A stretch of 64,000 nucleotides of DNA from Armatimonadota bacterium (GCA_963677485.1 OY781964.1:2208001-2272000); one strand, 5' to 3'; shown: positions 9,248 to 19,740, numbered from the stretch's first letter. Notes: generated by a model not told the origin, from the letters alone. Translations and numbers: made by a program.

Positions 9248-11299
9248 ATGCTCACCATGCGTCTCATCATCATTTCCGCACTACTTGGTTGTGCTACGCT
9301 CAGTTTCGCGAAGCCGACCTCGCCCCGCAGCCTGGTGGGCGCCGTCCGCTGGGATGCCTGGCACGGGCAGAACGGCCCCTCTACCGCCGGCATCGAGGTG
9401 GAACGCAGTCTGGGACCAGCCAAATACCACTACCGCGCACCCTACTTCGCCAAAGAGCTGGGGCCGGATGCCATCACCGCCCGTTCCACGAGCCAGGCGG
9501 GCATGGATGCTGAGATCAAGATGGCGCGCGACGCCGGTCTGGACTACTGGGCTTTCGTGTATTACGACCCGGGTACCGCGCTGGATATCTCCATCAACCG
9601 CTATATCGCCAGCAAGAACAAGCGCGGGCTGAAGTTCTGCATGATCCAGGAAAATATCGGCGATAAGAACCTTGAGCTGCTGGTCAGCCGGTTCAAGATG
9701 CCGGAGTACGTCACGGTGGCCGGTGGCCGGCCGCTGCTCTACATCTACAGCAAATACGTCTGCACTCAGCAGCAGCTCGACAAACTGGCTGATCGCTGCG
9801 TGCAGGAGGGGCTGAAGAAGCCCTACCTCATCATGTTCACCCACGTGAATGAGCCCGACGCCAAGACTGGCTACGACTTCAAGACCGACGCGGTGAGTGC
9901 CTACACCACCTTCCCCTGGTGGCCCAACAACCCGATGGAGCAGTACACCAAGTGGGAGCAGCAGCGGTGGCAGCAACTGGCCGACAAGGGTTACAAAGTG
10001 CAGCCATGGGTCAGCACCGGCTTTGACAACCGTCCCCGCGCCGATAACACCATGACCTGGGTGGCGAAACAAGACAAGCTAACCACCGCCTTCACCAACG
10101 ACATCAGCCCCGAAATGCTGGGGCAGCAGGTACAAGCCGCCTTGGAGTTCAACCGCAAGAACCCCATGGCCAGCGAAGCCAACGCGGTGCTGATCTACGC
10201 ATGGAACGAGTTTGACGAGGGTGGATGGATCTGCCCCACGCTTTATTTTGGCGCCGACCGGCTGAACGGCATCGCCAAGGTGCTGGGCGGCAAGATGGCG
10301 CCTACTCACAACCCGCCCAGCCTGGGCACCAACCTCACCAAAGGGGCGGTCGCTGTGGCCAGCAGTTTCGAGCTTGGCTCTCAACCCGCGAAGGCACTGG
10401 ACGGCAAGCTAGGCACCGCCTGGCGGACCAAAGCGGGGGCCCTCTGGGGGAGCTGGATCGAGCTGCATCTGCCCAATCCGGTGAGAATCAACACCGTGCT
10501 GCTGCGCGAAGGGCCGGATCAGTCCATCCGCGGCTTCGAGCTTCAAGTGCCCGAAGGTTCCGGCTGGAAGAGCATCTACAAAGACTCCACCGCCGGGCAC
10601 TACGCCCCGCTCTATTTCCCCACGCAGCGGCTGAAACGCATCCGGTTGCTGCTGACCGACCTGCAGAAGCCGGTCACACTCATCGAGATGTCGCTATACC
10701 ATAACTCGATGTTGACGCTGCCCGCCCTCGGCCTGCAGTGTGAGTGGAGCCTCAATGGCGACCTGTTGGACCGCGTGGGTAGCCGGCATATGCTGCCGAA
10801 CAAAGAGCCGGTATACGTTCTTGACGCCCCGTCAGGCCAACATTACAAGAGCCTGATGCTGACAGATGGCTTCTATACCTATGTGCATGACACCAATGGT
10901 TTGCACCCTCATGCGATCGACGGCATGAAGGAGTTCCGGCTCTCGGTGTGGGTCAAACCGATGGCGCCAAAGCCCTCCAACATACTCTCCAAGACCGATG
11001 CGTACGTGCTGGTTCTGGGCGATGACGGTCTGACCCGCTTCGCGATGGGAACCGTCGATGTGCCCATCAGCGCGGGCCGGAATGTGGCGTTCAAGCTGCC
11101 GGATGGTCAGTGGAGTCATGTGGAGGCGAGTTATGACGGTCAGACGCTGAGGCTGTTCGTGGATGGTGCGTTGGCGGGCTCGCATCCGCTGACCGGTGCG
11201 GTCACTCGGGTCAAGGAGCTCGCGCAGAACCTGGTCATCGGCGGCGGCTACCAGGGGCTCATCCGCGGGCTACAGATTTGGGACCGCCCGCGGCCGTGA
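9248..11299 (+). CDS. Secreted GH99/WbsX-like glycoside hydrolase with discoidin (F5/8 type C) and LamG-like domains
   Basis: Signal peptide; GAVRWDAW, GLDYWAF, YAWNEFDEGGW; ASS...ALDG...W discoidin motif; C-terminal SVWVKP...GQWSHV...YDG..LRLFVDG LamG motif. Confidence 0.75.
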   Translation: MLTMRLIIISALLGCATLSFAKPTSPRSLVGAVRWDAWHGQNGPSTAGIEVERSLGPAKYHYRAPYFAKELGPDAITARSTSQAGMDAEIKMARDAGLDYWAFVYYDPGTALDISINRYIASKNKRGLKFCMIQENIGDKNLELLVSRFKMPEYVTVAGGRPLLYIYSKYVCTQQQLDKLADRCVQEGLKKPYLIMFTHVNEPDAKTGYDFKTDAVSAYTTFPWWPNNPMEQYTKWEQQRWQQLADKGYKVQPWVSTGFDNRPRADNTMTWVAKQDKLTTAFTNDISPEMLGQQVQAALEFNRKNPMASEANAVLIYAWNEFDEGGWICPTLYFGADRLNGIAKVLGGKMAPTHNPPSLGTNLTKGAVAVASSFELGSQPAKALDGKLGTAWRTKAGALWGSWIELHLPNPVRINTVLLREGPDQSIRGFELQVPEGSGWKSIYKDSTAGHYAPLYFPTQRLKRIRLLLTDLQKPVTLIEMSLYHNSMLTLPALGLQCEWSLNGDLLDRVGSRHMLPNKEPVYVLDAPSGQHYKSLMLTDGFYTYVHDTNGLHPHAIDGMKEFRLSVWVKPMAPKPSNILSKTDAYVLVLGDDGLTRFAMGTVDVPISAGRNVAFKLPDGQWSHVEASYDGQTLRLFVDGALAGSHPLTGAVTRVKELAQNLVIGGGYQGLIRGLQIWDRPRP

Positions 11300-11322
11300 G
11301 CGCGTTGAATTACCTATACGTT

Positions 11323-11490
11323 TTGCCTATGTCCGGGGCGGTCTGTCAGTACGCCTGCGGTGGCCGCTATCTATAGACCGCGCCGGTCTTGTTCCAGACA
11401 CAAATCTATCAGGGCTATCCGCCAGACCGGCGCGGTCTCGAGCCTTCTGCATCCGCTAGCCTACGCACAGACCGCCCCGGACATAGGCAA
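11323..11490. mobile_element. Full 168-bp nested palindromic element E (REPIN/MITE-like)
   Basis: Perfect 24-bp terminal inverted repeat (11323-11346 / 11467-11490) and perfect inner 15-bp inverted repeat (11375-11389 / 11424-11438); second full copy at 42731-42898. Confidence 0.8.
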
Positions 11491-11588
11491 TGCATGGCTG
11501 CAACAGAGGCGGACAGCCATTCGTATATCACACTGTCGCCTCAGCGTGACGCGTAAGTTACAGTATGGGCATTGCGGCAAAGGGCCCA

Positions 11589-12521
11589 CTACCATTTCTC
11601 GTGGGTTTCGCTGATGGGCTTATACAGGCCAGGGCGTCGTTGGTGATACATTCTGCTGTTGGCGCGGTTGAGCCTGAGATGGTGCAGGTCGAGAATCCCG
11701 CTGACGTACTGGTCGCCTGTCTTCTCTGTTCGTGCCACGAACTGGGTGGGGTAAGCACCGATGGTGGCTCCTGCGCCTTCGCCGTTGTTGGTGGCCACGA
11801 TATCCACTGTGCAGCGGAACATATCGGACTTCAGTAAGTAGTCTTCAATCACCCCGCCGCGGCTGTTGATCCATATGATGATCTCAGCGCCGTTTAAAGA
11901 CAGGCATTGGGCACTTTCCGGGAAGTAGCCGTCGTAGCAGATCATGATGCCCACTTTGGCGAAATCAAGCTGGAAGGTGGGGTAGCCGTCGCCAGCTTTC
12001 ATGAGGTGTTCCAATTCGTCCTCTTTAGGCGGCCAGAAGTAGGGCGGCCCACCGGTGGCGCGGTGCGTTTTGCTGTATGTGCCCACAATCTGGCCGTCTC
12101 TGCCGAACAGCACCGCGGTATTTGAGAAGGCGTCCTTCTCCTTACGAGCGAAACCGCCGGGCTTCAGATCTTGCCACACACCCACCACCACGTAGATGTT
12201 GTTGCGGATGGCTGCATCGGCGATTTTGTGCAGGTTCGGTGAGAGCGGCTTCAGGGTCTCTGGGCCGATGATGTATTCCGGCAGGGCGATCAACTGCGCA
12301 CCCTCTTTGCCCGCGCGGTCAATGTTGCCGATGAGTTTATCCATCGTCGGCGTGCCGTCATGCACCACTTGAGCCGCCGCGAGCAGAACCTTCTCATTGC
12401 CCCTGTTGGGCACATCGACGATCTTACCCATCTGGCGGCCGTCCTCCAGTGGTTTTGCCATCGTGATGACCGGTATGGCCACCATTAACGCCGTGCATAA
12501 AGATGGTATGAGCAAGTTCAT
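11589..12521 (-). CDS. Carbon-nitrogen hydrolase (nitrilase superfamily) with signal peptide
   Basis: E-K-C triad motifs LPEY, YSKTH, ICYD. Confidence 0.9.
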   Translation of the reverse strand: MNLLIPSLCTALMVAIPVITMAKPLEDGRQMGKIVDVPNRGNEKVLLAAAQVVHDGTPTMDKLIGNIDRAGKEGAQLIALPEYIIGPETLKPLSPNLHKIADAAIRNNIYVVVGVWQDLKPGGFARKEKDAFSNTAVLFGRDGQIVGTYSKTHRATGGPPYFWPPKEDELEHLMKAGDGYPTFQLDFAKVGIMICYDGYFPESAQCLSLNGAEIIIWINSRGGVIEDYLLKSDMFRCTVDIVATNNGEGAGATIGAYPTQFVARTEKTGDQYVSGILDLHHLRLNRANSRMYHQRRPGLYKPISETHEKW

Positions 12522-12568
12522 GTAAATATCTCCCTTTTGGGTTATCTGGCGGCATCTGAGTGGTCACA

Positions 12569-12692
12569 CTGTCGATAGACCGCGCCCGTCTTGTTCATGA
12601 CACGAATCTTTCATGGCTCTCCGCCAGACCGGCGCGGTCTCGAGCCTTCAGTAGCCGCTAGCCTACGCACAGACCGCCCCGGACATAGGCAA
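12569..12692. repeat. Partial copy of element E lacking the left terminal repeat
   Basis: Aligns to 11368-11490 in the same orientation. Confidence 0.85.
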
Positions 12693-12726
12693 TAACGGTC
12701 CATGATAAGCAAACGCTTGAGCCTGT

Positions 12727-13221
12727 CTATTTCAGGGCTTTCAACACCTTTTGCACCTCAGCCACAGCGGACTTCTTATCGGAAGGCAGGCTGATGTTGA
12801 GGTATACCACGCCTTTACTGGCTTGCACGGTCACCGCACCATCCTGCTGCATGACAAACCCATTCCAAGGTTTCGCAGTCGGGCTGCTTTTGGTCTTGCC
12901 AAGGCTCTTCTTCCAGTAAGCCACGAAACTGGCCGCGTGCTTGGCACTTTTCATGGTATGGGCGGTGGCGGTGAGGTAGTCATTCCCCTTTTGGTAGATA
13001 CGCTGCTGCGCATCGAGAACACCGTGGTCTTGATAAAGGCCGATGCCGCCATCGTACAACCCTGTCAAGTCATTCCCGGCCACATAACGTGCAGCCGATG
13101 CCATCTCTTTCCAACCTGCCACAGCACCTTTTGGAAGTGCTTTAACGGCAGGGGTGATGGCGGGCGCGGCGATGGCCAGCATACTTGCCAGCACCAATGC
13201 CGTCGCAATGATTCGCTTCAT
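12727..13221 (-). CDS. Small secreted hypothetical protein (possibly DUF6599-like)
   Basis: Signal peptide MKRIIATALVLASML; L..LYDGG..LY motif. Confidence 0.6.
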   Translation of the reverse strand: MKRIIATALVLASMLAIAAPAITPAVKALPKGAVAGWKEMASAARYVAGNDLTGLYDGGIGLYQDHGVLDAQQRIYQKGNDYLTATAHTMKSAKHAASFVAYWKKSLGKTKSSPTAKPWNGFVMQQDGAVTVQASKGVVYLNISLPSDKKSAVAEVQKVLKALK

Positions 13222-13362
13222 GATTTTACCAACCTGTATATTGTCATATCATCGAACCGTAGTATGTCTCTGCGTGTAACCGCTGGTGGGTGAATGCCCC
13301 AAGGGGCCTCCCGCAGCCAAAGGAGTCAAAACCAGGGTTGTCGGGGCTTCACGGGCGGCAGC

Positions 13363-15084
13363 TTATAGTGCGCTGGTGTCTACCGGACTAAGCACAGCAC
13401 GTAAAGGCATCCTTATAGTGAAACAGCTCCCCTCGCCGGGGGTGCTGCTCACAGAGACATCGCCGCCATGTGAGGCTGTCAAGTGTTTTACCAGGTATAA
13501 GCCGATACCTGTTCCCGAAATCTGTACATTCTGGCTGCTTTCCACACGGTGGAACCTGTCAAAAATCAGTGACAACTGATCTGGCGGAATGCCTACACCT
13601 TGATCGACAACGTCGATGCGGTAGCTGCCGCTTGACGCTTCTAATGATAGTGTAACCCGAACGGGTCCGCCATCTGGCTGGTACTTCACCGCATTACTGA
13701 TGAGATTATATAAAATCTGCTCCAGCTTGTCGCTGTCGGCGTATACCTGTGGCATCTCATCCGGCACCTGCAGCTCTATCTGGTGCTGATGAGTTCCGGC
13801 CTGTTGAACCGCCACCACCTGTTGCAGCACGGGTATGATGTTTATCCACTGAAGGTGCATGTCTAGCGATCGACCGGCTTCGACGCGGGACATGCTCAAC
13901 AAATCATCAATCAGTCGGCGCAGACGGTCCGTCTCCTGGTCGATGATCCCCAGAAACTCTCTGCGCGCGGCTTCATCATAATATCCTTCGGAGTCACCTA
14001 ACAGCGTACTGACAAAACCCTTGATGCTGGTGAGTGGTGTGCGCAGTTCATGAGATACGGTGCTGACAAACCTGCTTTTCATGCGATCGATCATGCGGAT
14101 ATCCGTGATGTCATTAAACACAGCAACAGCTCCGGCGGAATCAAGCCCGTCATCTGTCTTCACCGGTGTCACATTCACACGGAAGATGCGGTCTTCCTGG
14201 GTTGAGAGCTCTGTGCTGCCCTCTTTTCGAGTGGTCAATGCGTTGTCAAACAGACTGACCAGCTCGTGCTGGGGCAGCGCGGAGTGGTAGTCCTCTTTTT
14301 GCAGCGCGGCTTGCTGTAAGCCCGGCAGGATCGACTCCGCCTGACCGTTGACTAAGGTGATGTGTTTGTTGGCATTCACCAGTACCAGCCCTGCGCCTAA
14401 ACTCTCAAAAGTGGAAATCAATTCGCTGTTGCCTTCGGACGCCTCGCGATACATCTGAGCGGAGGTGATGACAGCCGCTGCATTCCGGGCCAGACGTTCC
14501 AGCAGATGAAGGTCCTCATCACTAAAAGGCAGGCCGTAGCGTTTGTTCATCACATGAACCACGCCGATCGTCTGGCTGTCGACCACATGGTTCTCAAGGT
14601 CACGCCGTTGTACCACCAGAGGGGCGCAGCATCCGTTCTTCACGCCTAGTGCGTGAACCAAAACAAGGTCAGAGCGCGGGTTATCTGAGGGATCGTTGTA
14701 TATCACCGGCTGACCAGACAGAAACACCAGGCCACTCATGCCGGTGCTGGCTGGTAACCGAAACAGCTCCACCTCTTGGGCAGCGAGTCCAAAGGCAGGG
14801 GGTAGTGCCACCAGCTCTGCGGTGGACCTGTTGAACATCAGGAACACACATTTTTCAGCTTGAAGAATCATGGCAATACGGCTGACCAGCCGCATCAGCG
14901 TGTCGTCAAAACGCACGCCAGCCTTGGCTTCGCCATCAGAGTGGTCGAGTTTGCGTTGTAAGTCGGCTACAATGCCAAGCAGGTGTTCGACTTGAGCGGC
15001 CAGCTGTGTCGACATATTACTGTCATCGGTATTTAATGGCAGTTGGCCAGGGGTAGAACTGGTATGTTGGTCAGGCAACTTCAA
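13363..15084 (-). CDS. Cytoplasmic GAF-PAS sensor histidine kinase (no adjacent response regulator)
   Basis: GAF (GMSG...VMNK...FSDED), PAS, H-box VSHELRTPLTSI, NLISNAVKY, DQGVGI, GTGIGL; start could be TTG 15078. Confidence 0.93.
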   Translation of the reverse strand: MKLPDQHTSSTPGQLPLNTDDSNMSTQLAAQVEHLLGIVADLQRKLDHSDGEAKAGVRFDDTLMRLVSRIAMILQAEKCVFLMFNRSTAELVALPPAFGLAAQEVELFRLPASTGMSGLVFLSGQPVIYNDPSDNPRSDLVLVHALGVKNGCCAPLVVQRRDLENHVVDSQTIGVVHVMNKRYGLPFSDEDLHLLERLARNAAAVITSAQMYREASEGNSELISTFESLGAGLVLVNANKHITLVNGQAESILPGLQQAALQKEDYHSALPQHELVSLFDNALTTRKEGSTELSTQEDRIFRVNVTPVKTDDGLDSAGAVAVFNDITDIRMIDRMKSRFVSTVSHELRTPLTSIKGFVSTLLGDSEGYYDEAARREFLGIIDQETDRLRRLIDDLLSMSRVEAGRSLDMHLQWINIIPVLQQVVAVQQAGTHQHQIELQVPDEMPQVYADSDKLEQILYNLISNAVKYQPDGGPVRVTLSLEASSGSYRIDVVDQGVGIPPDQLSLIFDRFHRVESSQNVQISGTGIGLYLVKHLTASHGGDVSVSSTPGEGSCFTIRMPLRAVLSPVDTSAL

Positions 15085-15370
15085 CCTCCCCGTGTGTGTA
15101 TATCCAGATTATACGGCATCACACGCCAAATTGTACGCATTTAGATGTAACAGCAGTTCAACTTTGGTTTAATTTTCACACTAACTGTGCGTATTGTGGT
15201 TAACAGCTGAACGGCTGGAGCTATATTGGCTGTGTTGTCTGTTTTAATGGTGATGTTGGTAGCTATCTGTACCACAATACGATACCGTAACTAGGAATGG
15301 TGTCACTTCACATAAATACAAGTACAGGATATAGATAAGCTGTCTTCTGATGTTGGACTTAAGGATAATC

Positions 15371-17368
15371 ATGAATCACAAGATATTACCTGCTTTCCTG
15401 TTTTTATCTACTGTGTTCGTTGGGGTAGCCGATGCGCAATCGAATCCACCACGACCAGAGATGCCCTCGGTCATCGCCAGCAAGGCACCCAAGATCGATG
15501 GGGTGCTGGATGATGAGTGCTGGAAATCTGCGTCGGCCGTGACGGACTTCTATCTGCAGACCGACGATAAGGCTCCAGAGAAGACTGAAGCTTATGTCTG
15601 TTATGATCAGAAGAGCATTTATGTGGCGTTTTACTGCCATGCTTCACGACCCGAGCTGATACGGCATGAGCAATCACGTCGGCGCGGCTCGATGGGTTCA
15701 GATGACAGGGTAGACTTCTATATCGACACGTTCAATTCGCTGCAGTGGGACCAACGCTCGAGGTTCACCGTCAGTGCCGGGGGATGTCAGTCTGAGAGAA
15801 TGTCAACCGGAAGCGTCAGTAAGACGGAGTGGCGCGGTGACTGGTATGCCGGAGCGAAAGTGGTGGCCGATGGTTTTATTGTAGAGATGGAAATCCCATG
15901 GATCATTTTGCAGTATGATAACTCAAAAGGCTACCTGGGCATCATGTTCAACCGCTGGTATTCAGCGGCAGACCGTGACCATGCCAGCCCAAAGATGGGC
16001 ACCAACTGGGACCCCTATCGCTGGTACATCTGGAAGGGGCTGCAACTGCCCAAGTCGGTGCGGCGTCCCATGGCGATGCCATACATGCTGTTCTCGGCGA
16101 GCCAAAAGGACACCACGGTAAAGACCGGCGTCGATATGCGTTATGACCCCAATTCGCAGAGCACCGCGGTGCTTTCGCTGCTCCCTGACTTTTCGAGTAT
16201 TGAACAGGGTGTCGATAGCGTGAGTTTTAGCTATAACGAACAGCAGCAAGGGGACAACAGACCGTTCTTCCAGGAGGGCGGCAGCTATTTCCCAGGTTCA
16301 GATATGCTCTATACGCGTCGCTTGGGTGATATAGACTTGGGGGCCAAATACTTCAGCCGGATCGGCTCGTTGAACTACGGTTTGATGCATGTCACAGCCA
16401 CCAATGGCGATTCGGCGCAATCTGTCAGTGCAACGAACCAATACGGCAGCAAAGGCAGTCTCTCTGCAGCCGTCGTGCGCAGCGACTACCAGGGAGCCAT
16501 CGGCACCACATCGGGAATCGGTGGTGGATACAATCTTTACCGGAAGAATGACACCGCCTGGGATATGTGGGGACAGGTTGGGCAGGCAAATAACGGGCTG
16601 GGTGAAGGCACCGGTACACGCATGAATATCGGAACAAACTGGGGTGCCGGCCGCAGAAAACTTGGGTATTGGGCGGAATACAACAACATTGACGCAAACT
16701 ACAAACCTGCCATTGGTTATTTTCCAGATGTGAACTTTGAGAGCTATGGCGGCGGTTTGTCGTTATGGGATGATCCCAACAACAGCCCTGTGAAGTCTTG
16801 GTGGTTTGGTTGCGACGCCGGCGAATCCTACTATAAGACCGGTGAGCTATTTCAGCGCAACTGGAGTATCAATGGTGGTGCCTCATGGCTAAAGGGCTAT
16901 TCCATTTGGATGAACTCTGGTGGGGCGAAACGTCCACCGCATCAAGACCGATTGACCAGCACAGGTGTGGGCTGGGGCCAGACTACACTATTCCGCGGCG
17001 GCGGGGCGAGCTATACCTCAGGTAACCTGGCTAGTGGACACTACATGAACTGGTCTGTGTCGCAGGGCTGGAATCTTGGTCCAAGCTTGAACATGAACCT
17101 GAACTACACCCATAGCCAGTTGGATGAACCCAGTCCAGATGCCTATCACGCCACTCAGATGATCGCATCTTTTGCGTATGAGTTCCCGACTCTGACGCAC
17201 GAACGCACCGTCATCGGCCGGTTTGTGAACCAGGACAGCCACACCAACTTCTATCTGGCATACCGGCAGAATGCCCGCAGCGGGATGGATATCTATGTGA
17301 CGCTGGGCAACCCCAACGCGGAAACGACCGAAGAGTCGATCACCGTGAAGCTGCTTCAGGTGTACTAG
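15371..17368 (+). CDS. Secreted CBM9-like / DUF5916-type outer-membrane protein, paralog 1
   Basis: Signal peptide; PKIDGVLDD..W, VEMEIPW CBM9-like motifs; PDFS.IE and RPFFQEG motifs; beta-strand-rich C-terminus. Confidence 0.75.
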   Translation: MNHKILPAFLFLSTVFVGVADAQSNPPRPEMPSVIASKAPKIDGVLDDECWKSASAVTDFYLQTDDKAPEKTEAYVCYDQKSIYVAFYCHASRPELIRHEQSRRRGSMGSDDRVDFYIDTFNSLQWDQRSRFTVSAGGCQSERMSTGSVSKTEWRGDWYAGAKVVADGFIVEMEIPWIILQYDNSKGYLGIMFNRWYSAADRDHASPKMGTNWDPYRWYIWKGLQLPKSVRRPMAMPYMLFSASQKDTTVKTGVDMRYDPNSQSTAVLSLLPDFSSIEQGVDSVSFSYNEQQQGDNRPFFQEGGSYFPGSDMLYTRRLGDIDLGAKYFSRIGSLNYGLMHVTATNGDSAQSVSATNQYGSKGSLSAAVVRSDYQGAIGTTSGIGGGYNLYRKNDTAWDMWGQVGQANNGLGEGTGTRMNIGTNWGAGRRKLGYWAEYNNIDANYKPAIGYFPDVNFESYGGGLSLWDDPNNSPVKSWWFGCDAGESYYKTGELFQRNWSINGGASWLKGYSIWMNSGGAKRPPHQDRLTSTGVGWGQTTLFRGGGASYTSGNLASGHYMNWSVSQGWNLGPSLNMNLNYTHSQLDEPSPDAYHATQMIASFAYEFPTLTHERTVIGRFVNQDSHTNFYLAYRQNARSGMDIYVTLGNPNAETTEESITVKLLQVY

Positions 17369-17375
17369 AACCTAA

Positions 17376-17411
17376 TCCGACGGGTCGGTCCGATGCGACC
17401 GATCCGTCGGA
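17376..17411. repeat. GC-rich hairpin of 9-bp periodic units just downstream of paralog 1 (possible terminator or RNA stability element)
   Basis: tccgacgggtcggtc-cgatgc-gaccgatccgtcgga; related hairpin at 19699-19740 and related units at 37778-37806; no U-tract. Confidence 0.55.
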
Positions 17412-17680
17412 CTTATCCTCCCCATCTACCACGGCTGCCATTACTCTCCGCTTTAACACTTACCAGGTAATTCACCATCTGCGGGCCGAAGTGTATGTTT
17501 TATTACCAACATACGAACTGTCAACTCCGATTTGCTTGCGGGACGGTCAAGCCCGCTGACGAAAGAGGTGAATGAGCCCATCGTCCCCGAAACTATGCAC
17601 ACTGATGTGCAAAAGTCTGCCACACAGTCAACTGTAACCACACGGATCTGTGTCCTTCGAAAAGCAGGAGTTTGGGAACA

Positions 17681-19678
17681 ATGCGTAAGGGTATTCATCT
17701 ACTATTCGCTGTTTCTGTGGCCACGTTCAGCGGTGCTCTACTGGCACAAACGCCCCCCTCAAGGATTGAGCTTCCTTCTGTTGCAGCCAGTAAGCCGCCA
17801 AAGATCGACGGTGTTTTAGACGATGCTTGCTGGACCACAGCCACTCGGGTCTCCGATTTCTATCTGCAGACCGAGGAGGTGTCCACTGAGAAGACAGATG
17901 CCTACATCAGCTATGATCAGCGAAGCATCTATGTGGCTTATTACTGCCATGACGCTCATCCCGAAACCATCCGTCATGAGCAGAGGCGGCGGCGGGGTTC
18001 GATGGGCTCAGATGACCGGGTTGAGCTTAATCTGGACACCTTTAACTCGTTACAGTCGGGTAAATGCTCCAAGTTTATTGTGAGTGCTGGTGGCTGCCAG
18101 TCCGAGACAATGCCCACAGGAAGTGTGAGCAAAACGGAGTGGCGTGGTGACTGGTATGCAGCCACCAAACAGGTGGACGACGGCTATATCGTGGAGATTG
18201 AGATACCGTGGACCATCCTGCAATACACAAACACCACAGGTAACCTGGGGATCATGTTCAACCGTTGGAAGGCCAGTACAGATAAGGACCACTCCAGCCC
18301 CAAAATGGGCGTCAACAAGGACCCCTTCCGCTGGTATATCTGGAAAGGGCTTCAGATGCCTAAGTCGGTACGGCGTCCTATGGTGATGCCATTTGTACTG
18401 ATGCATACCAGTCAGGACGACTCATCTGTCAAGGGTGGCGTCGATATGCGCTACGACCCCAACTCGCAGAGCACGGCCGTGCTCTCGATACTGCCCGACT
18501 TTTCGAGTGTGGAGCAGGCGGTTGAGAGTGTGAGCTTCAGCTACAACGAGCAGCAGCAGGGCGATAACCGACCCTTCTTTCAGGAAGGTGGCGGCTATTT
18601 CCCAGGTCCTGATATGCTTTATACCCGCCGGTTAGGTGATATCGACATCGGTGCCAAATACTTCAGCCGGGTCGGTGCGCTCAGCTACGGGCTGATGCAT
18701 GTCACCGCCGCCAACGGCGATGCCGCACAGGCGCTGACCGTTAAGAATGAGTTCGGCAACAAGGGAAACATCAACATCGCGGCCATGCAAACCGACTACC
18801 TGGGAAACTCAGGCACCGTTGCTACGTTGGGTGGCTCAATCAAGCTGTTTCAGAAGGACGCTCGCTTATGGAACATGTATGGTCAGGTTGGGCAGGCTGA
18901 CAACGGGCTGGGTATGGGCACTGGTAAACGCTATGATACCGGTATGGATTGGAGTGCTGGCCCACGTAAACTGGGAGCCTCTATAGGCTATAGCAGTATC
19001 GATGATAACTACAGACCCGCAATGGGCTATGTTCCTGAATTCGGTATCGACACTAAAAACATAGGTTTGTTCATATACGATGAGCCAAGTAACAATCTGG
19101 TCAATTTCTGGAAGCTGGAGTGCGGAGAGGGTGAGTCGTATTTCCAGACTGGGGAGCTGTTCCAGCGAAACTGGCGTTTGAACTTCAACGCAACTACGCT
19201 GAGCGGTTATTCCATTTCGCTGAATACTGGTGGAGGTAAAAGGCCGCCGCATCAGGACCGCATATCCGCTTTGGCTGTAGGCTGGGGGCATAACACGCTG
19301 TTCCGCGGAGGCGGTGCCAACATCACATTTGGCAAAATGGCGAGTGGTAATTACACCAACTGGTCAATAGGGCAAGGCTGGAACCTTGGGCCTAGCCTGA
19401 ATATGAACCTGAACTACACCAGCAGCAAGCTAGAAGAACCCAGCCCTGCTGCGTTCAAGGTGACCCAGATGGTGGCCTCATTTGCTTATGAGTTTCCGAC
19501 AGTTACCAGTGAACGCACCATCATCGGACGGTTTGTGAACCAGGAAAACAGCACCAACTTCTATCTGGCTTACCGGCAGAGCTCACGTCACGGTATGGAC
19601 ATTTACGTCACGCTGGGTGACCCCAACGCCCCTACCACAGAGGAATCGCTGACGGTGAAGCTGGTACAGGCGTTTTAG
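17681..19678 (+). CDS. Secreted CBM9-like / DUF5916-type outer-membrane protein, paralog 2
   Basis: Colinear with 15371-17368, same 1998-nt length, shared blocks such as GSVSKTEWRGDWYA. Confidence 0.75.
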   Translation: MRKGIHLLFAVSVATFSGALLAQTPPSRIELPSVAASKPPKIDGVLDDACWTTATRVSDFYLQTEEVSTEKTDAYISYDQRSIYVAYYCHDAHPETIRHEQRRRRGSMGSDDRVELNLDTFNSLQSGKCSKFIVSAGGCQSETMPTGSVSKTEWRGDWYAATKQVDDGYIVEIEIPWTILQYTNTTGNLGIMFNRWKASTDKDHSSPKMGVNKDPFRWYIWKGLQMPKSVRRPMVMPFVLMHTSQDDSSVKGGVDMRYDPNSQSTAVLSILPDFSSVEQAVESVSFSYNEQQQGDNRPFFQEGGGYFPGPDMLYTRRLGDIDIGAKYFSRVGALSYGLMHVTAANGDAAQALTVKNEFGNKGNINIAAMQTDYLGNSGTVATLGGSIKLFQKDARLWNMYGQVGQADNGLGMGTGKRYDTGMDWSAGPRKLGASIGYSSIDDNYRPAMGYVPEFGIDTKNIGLFIYDEPSNNLVNFWKLECGEGESYFQTGELFQRNWRLNFNATTLSGYSISLNTGGGKRPPHQDRISALAVGWGHNTLFRGGGANITFGKMASGNYTNWSIGQGWNLGPSLNMNLNYTSSKLEEPSPAAFKVTQMVASFAYEFPTVTSERTIIGRFVNQENSTNFYLAYRQSSRHGMDIYVTLGDPNAPTTEESLTVKLVQAF

Positions 19679-19698
19679 CGAACTTGGTATAGGCGACT

Positions 19699-19740
19699 GC
19701 ATCAGGCGGATCGGTCCGGTACGGCCATTCCGTCTGATGC
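19699..19740. repeat. Hairpin downstream of paralog 2, homologous to 17376-17411
   Basis: gcatcaggcgga...tccgtctgatgc stem with G-U pairs. Confidence 0.5.

Noticed and set aside
13282-13317. GC-rich hairpin between the kinase and the small secreted gene as a possible ncRNA or riboswitch
   Set aside because: It is a single hairpin with no recognisable aptamer consensus and no second copy in the window.
17539-17620. Hammerhead ribozyme-like words CTGACGA...GAAAC...GTC in the leader of the second DUF5916-type gene
   Set aside because: Stem I gives only 2 bp and stem II cannot close next to the core; an alternative gggacggt/atcgtccc hairpin is incompatible. It also does not fit a c-di-GMP riboswitch consensus.
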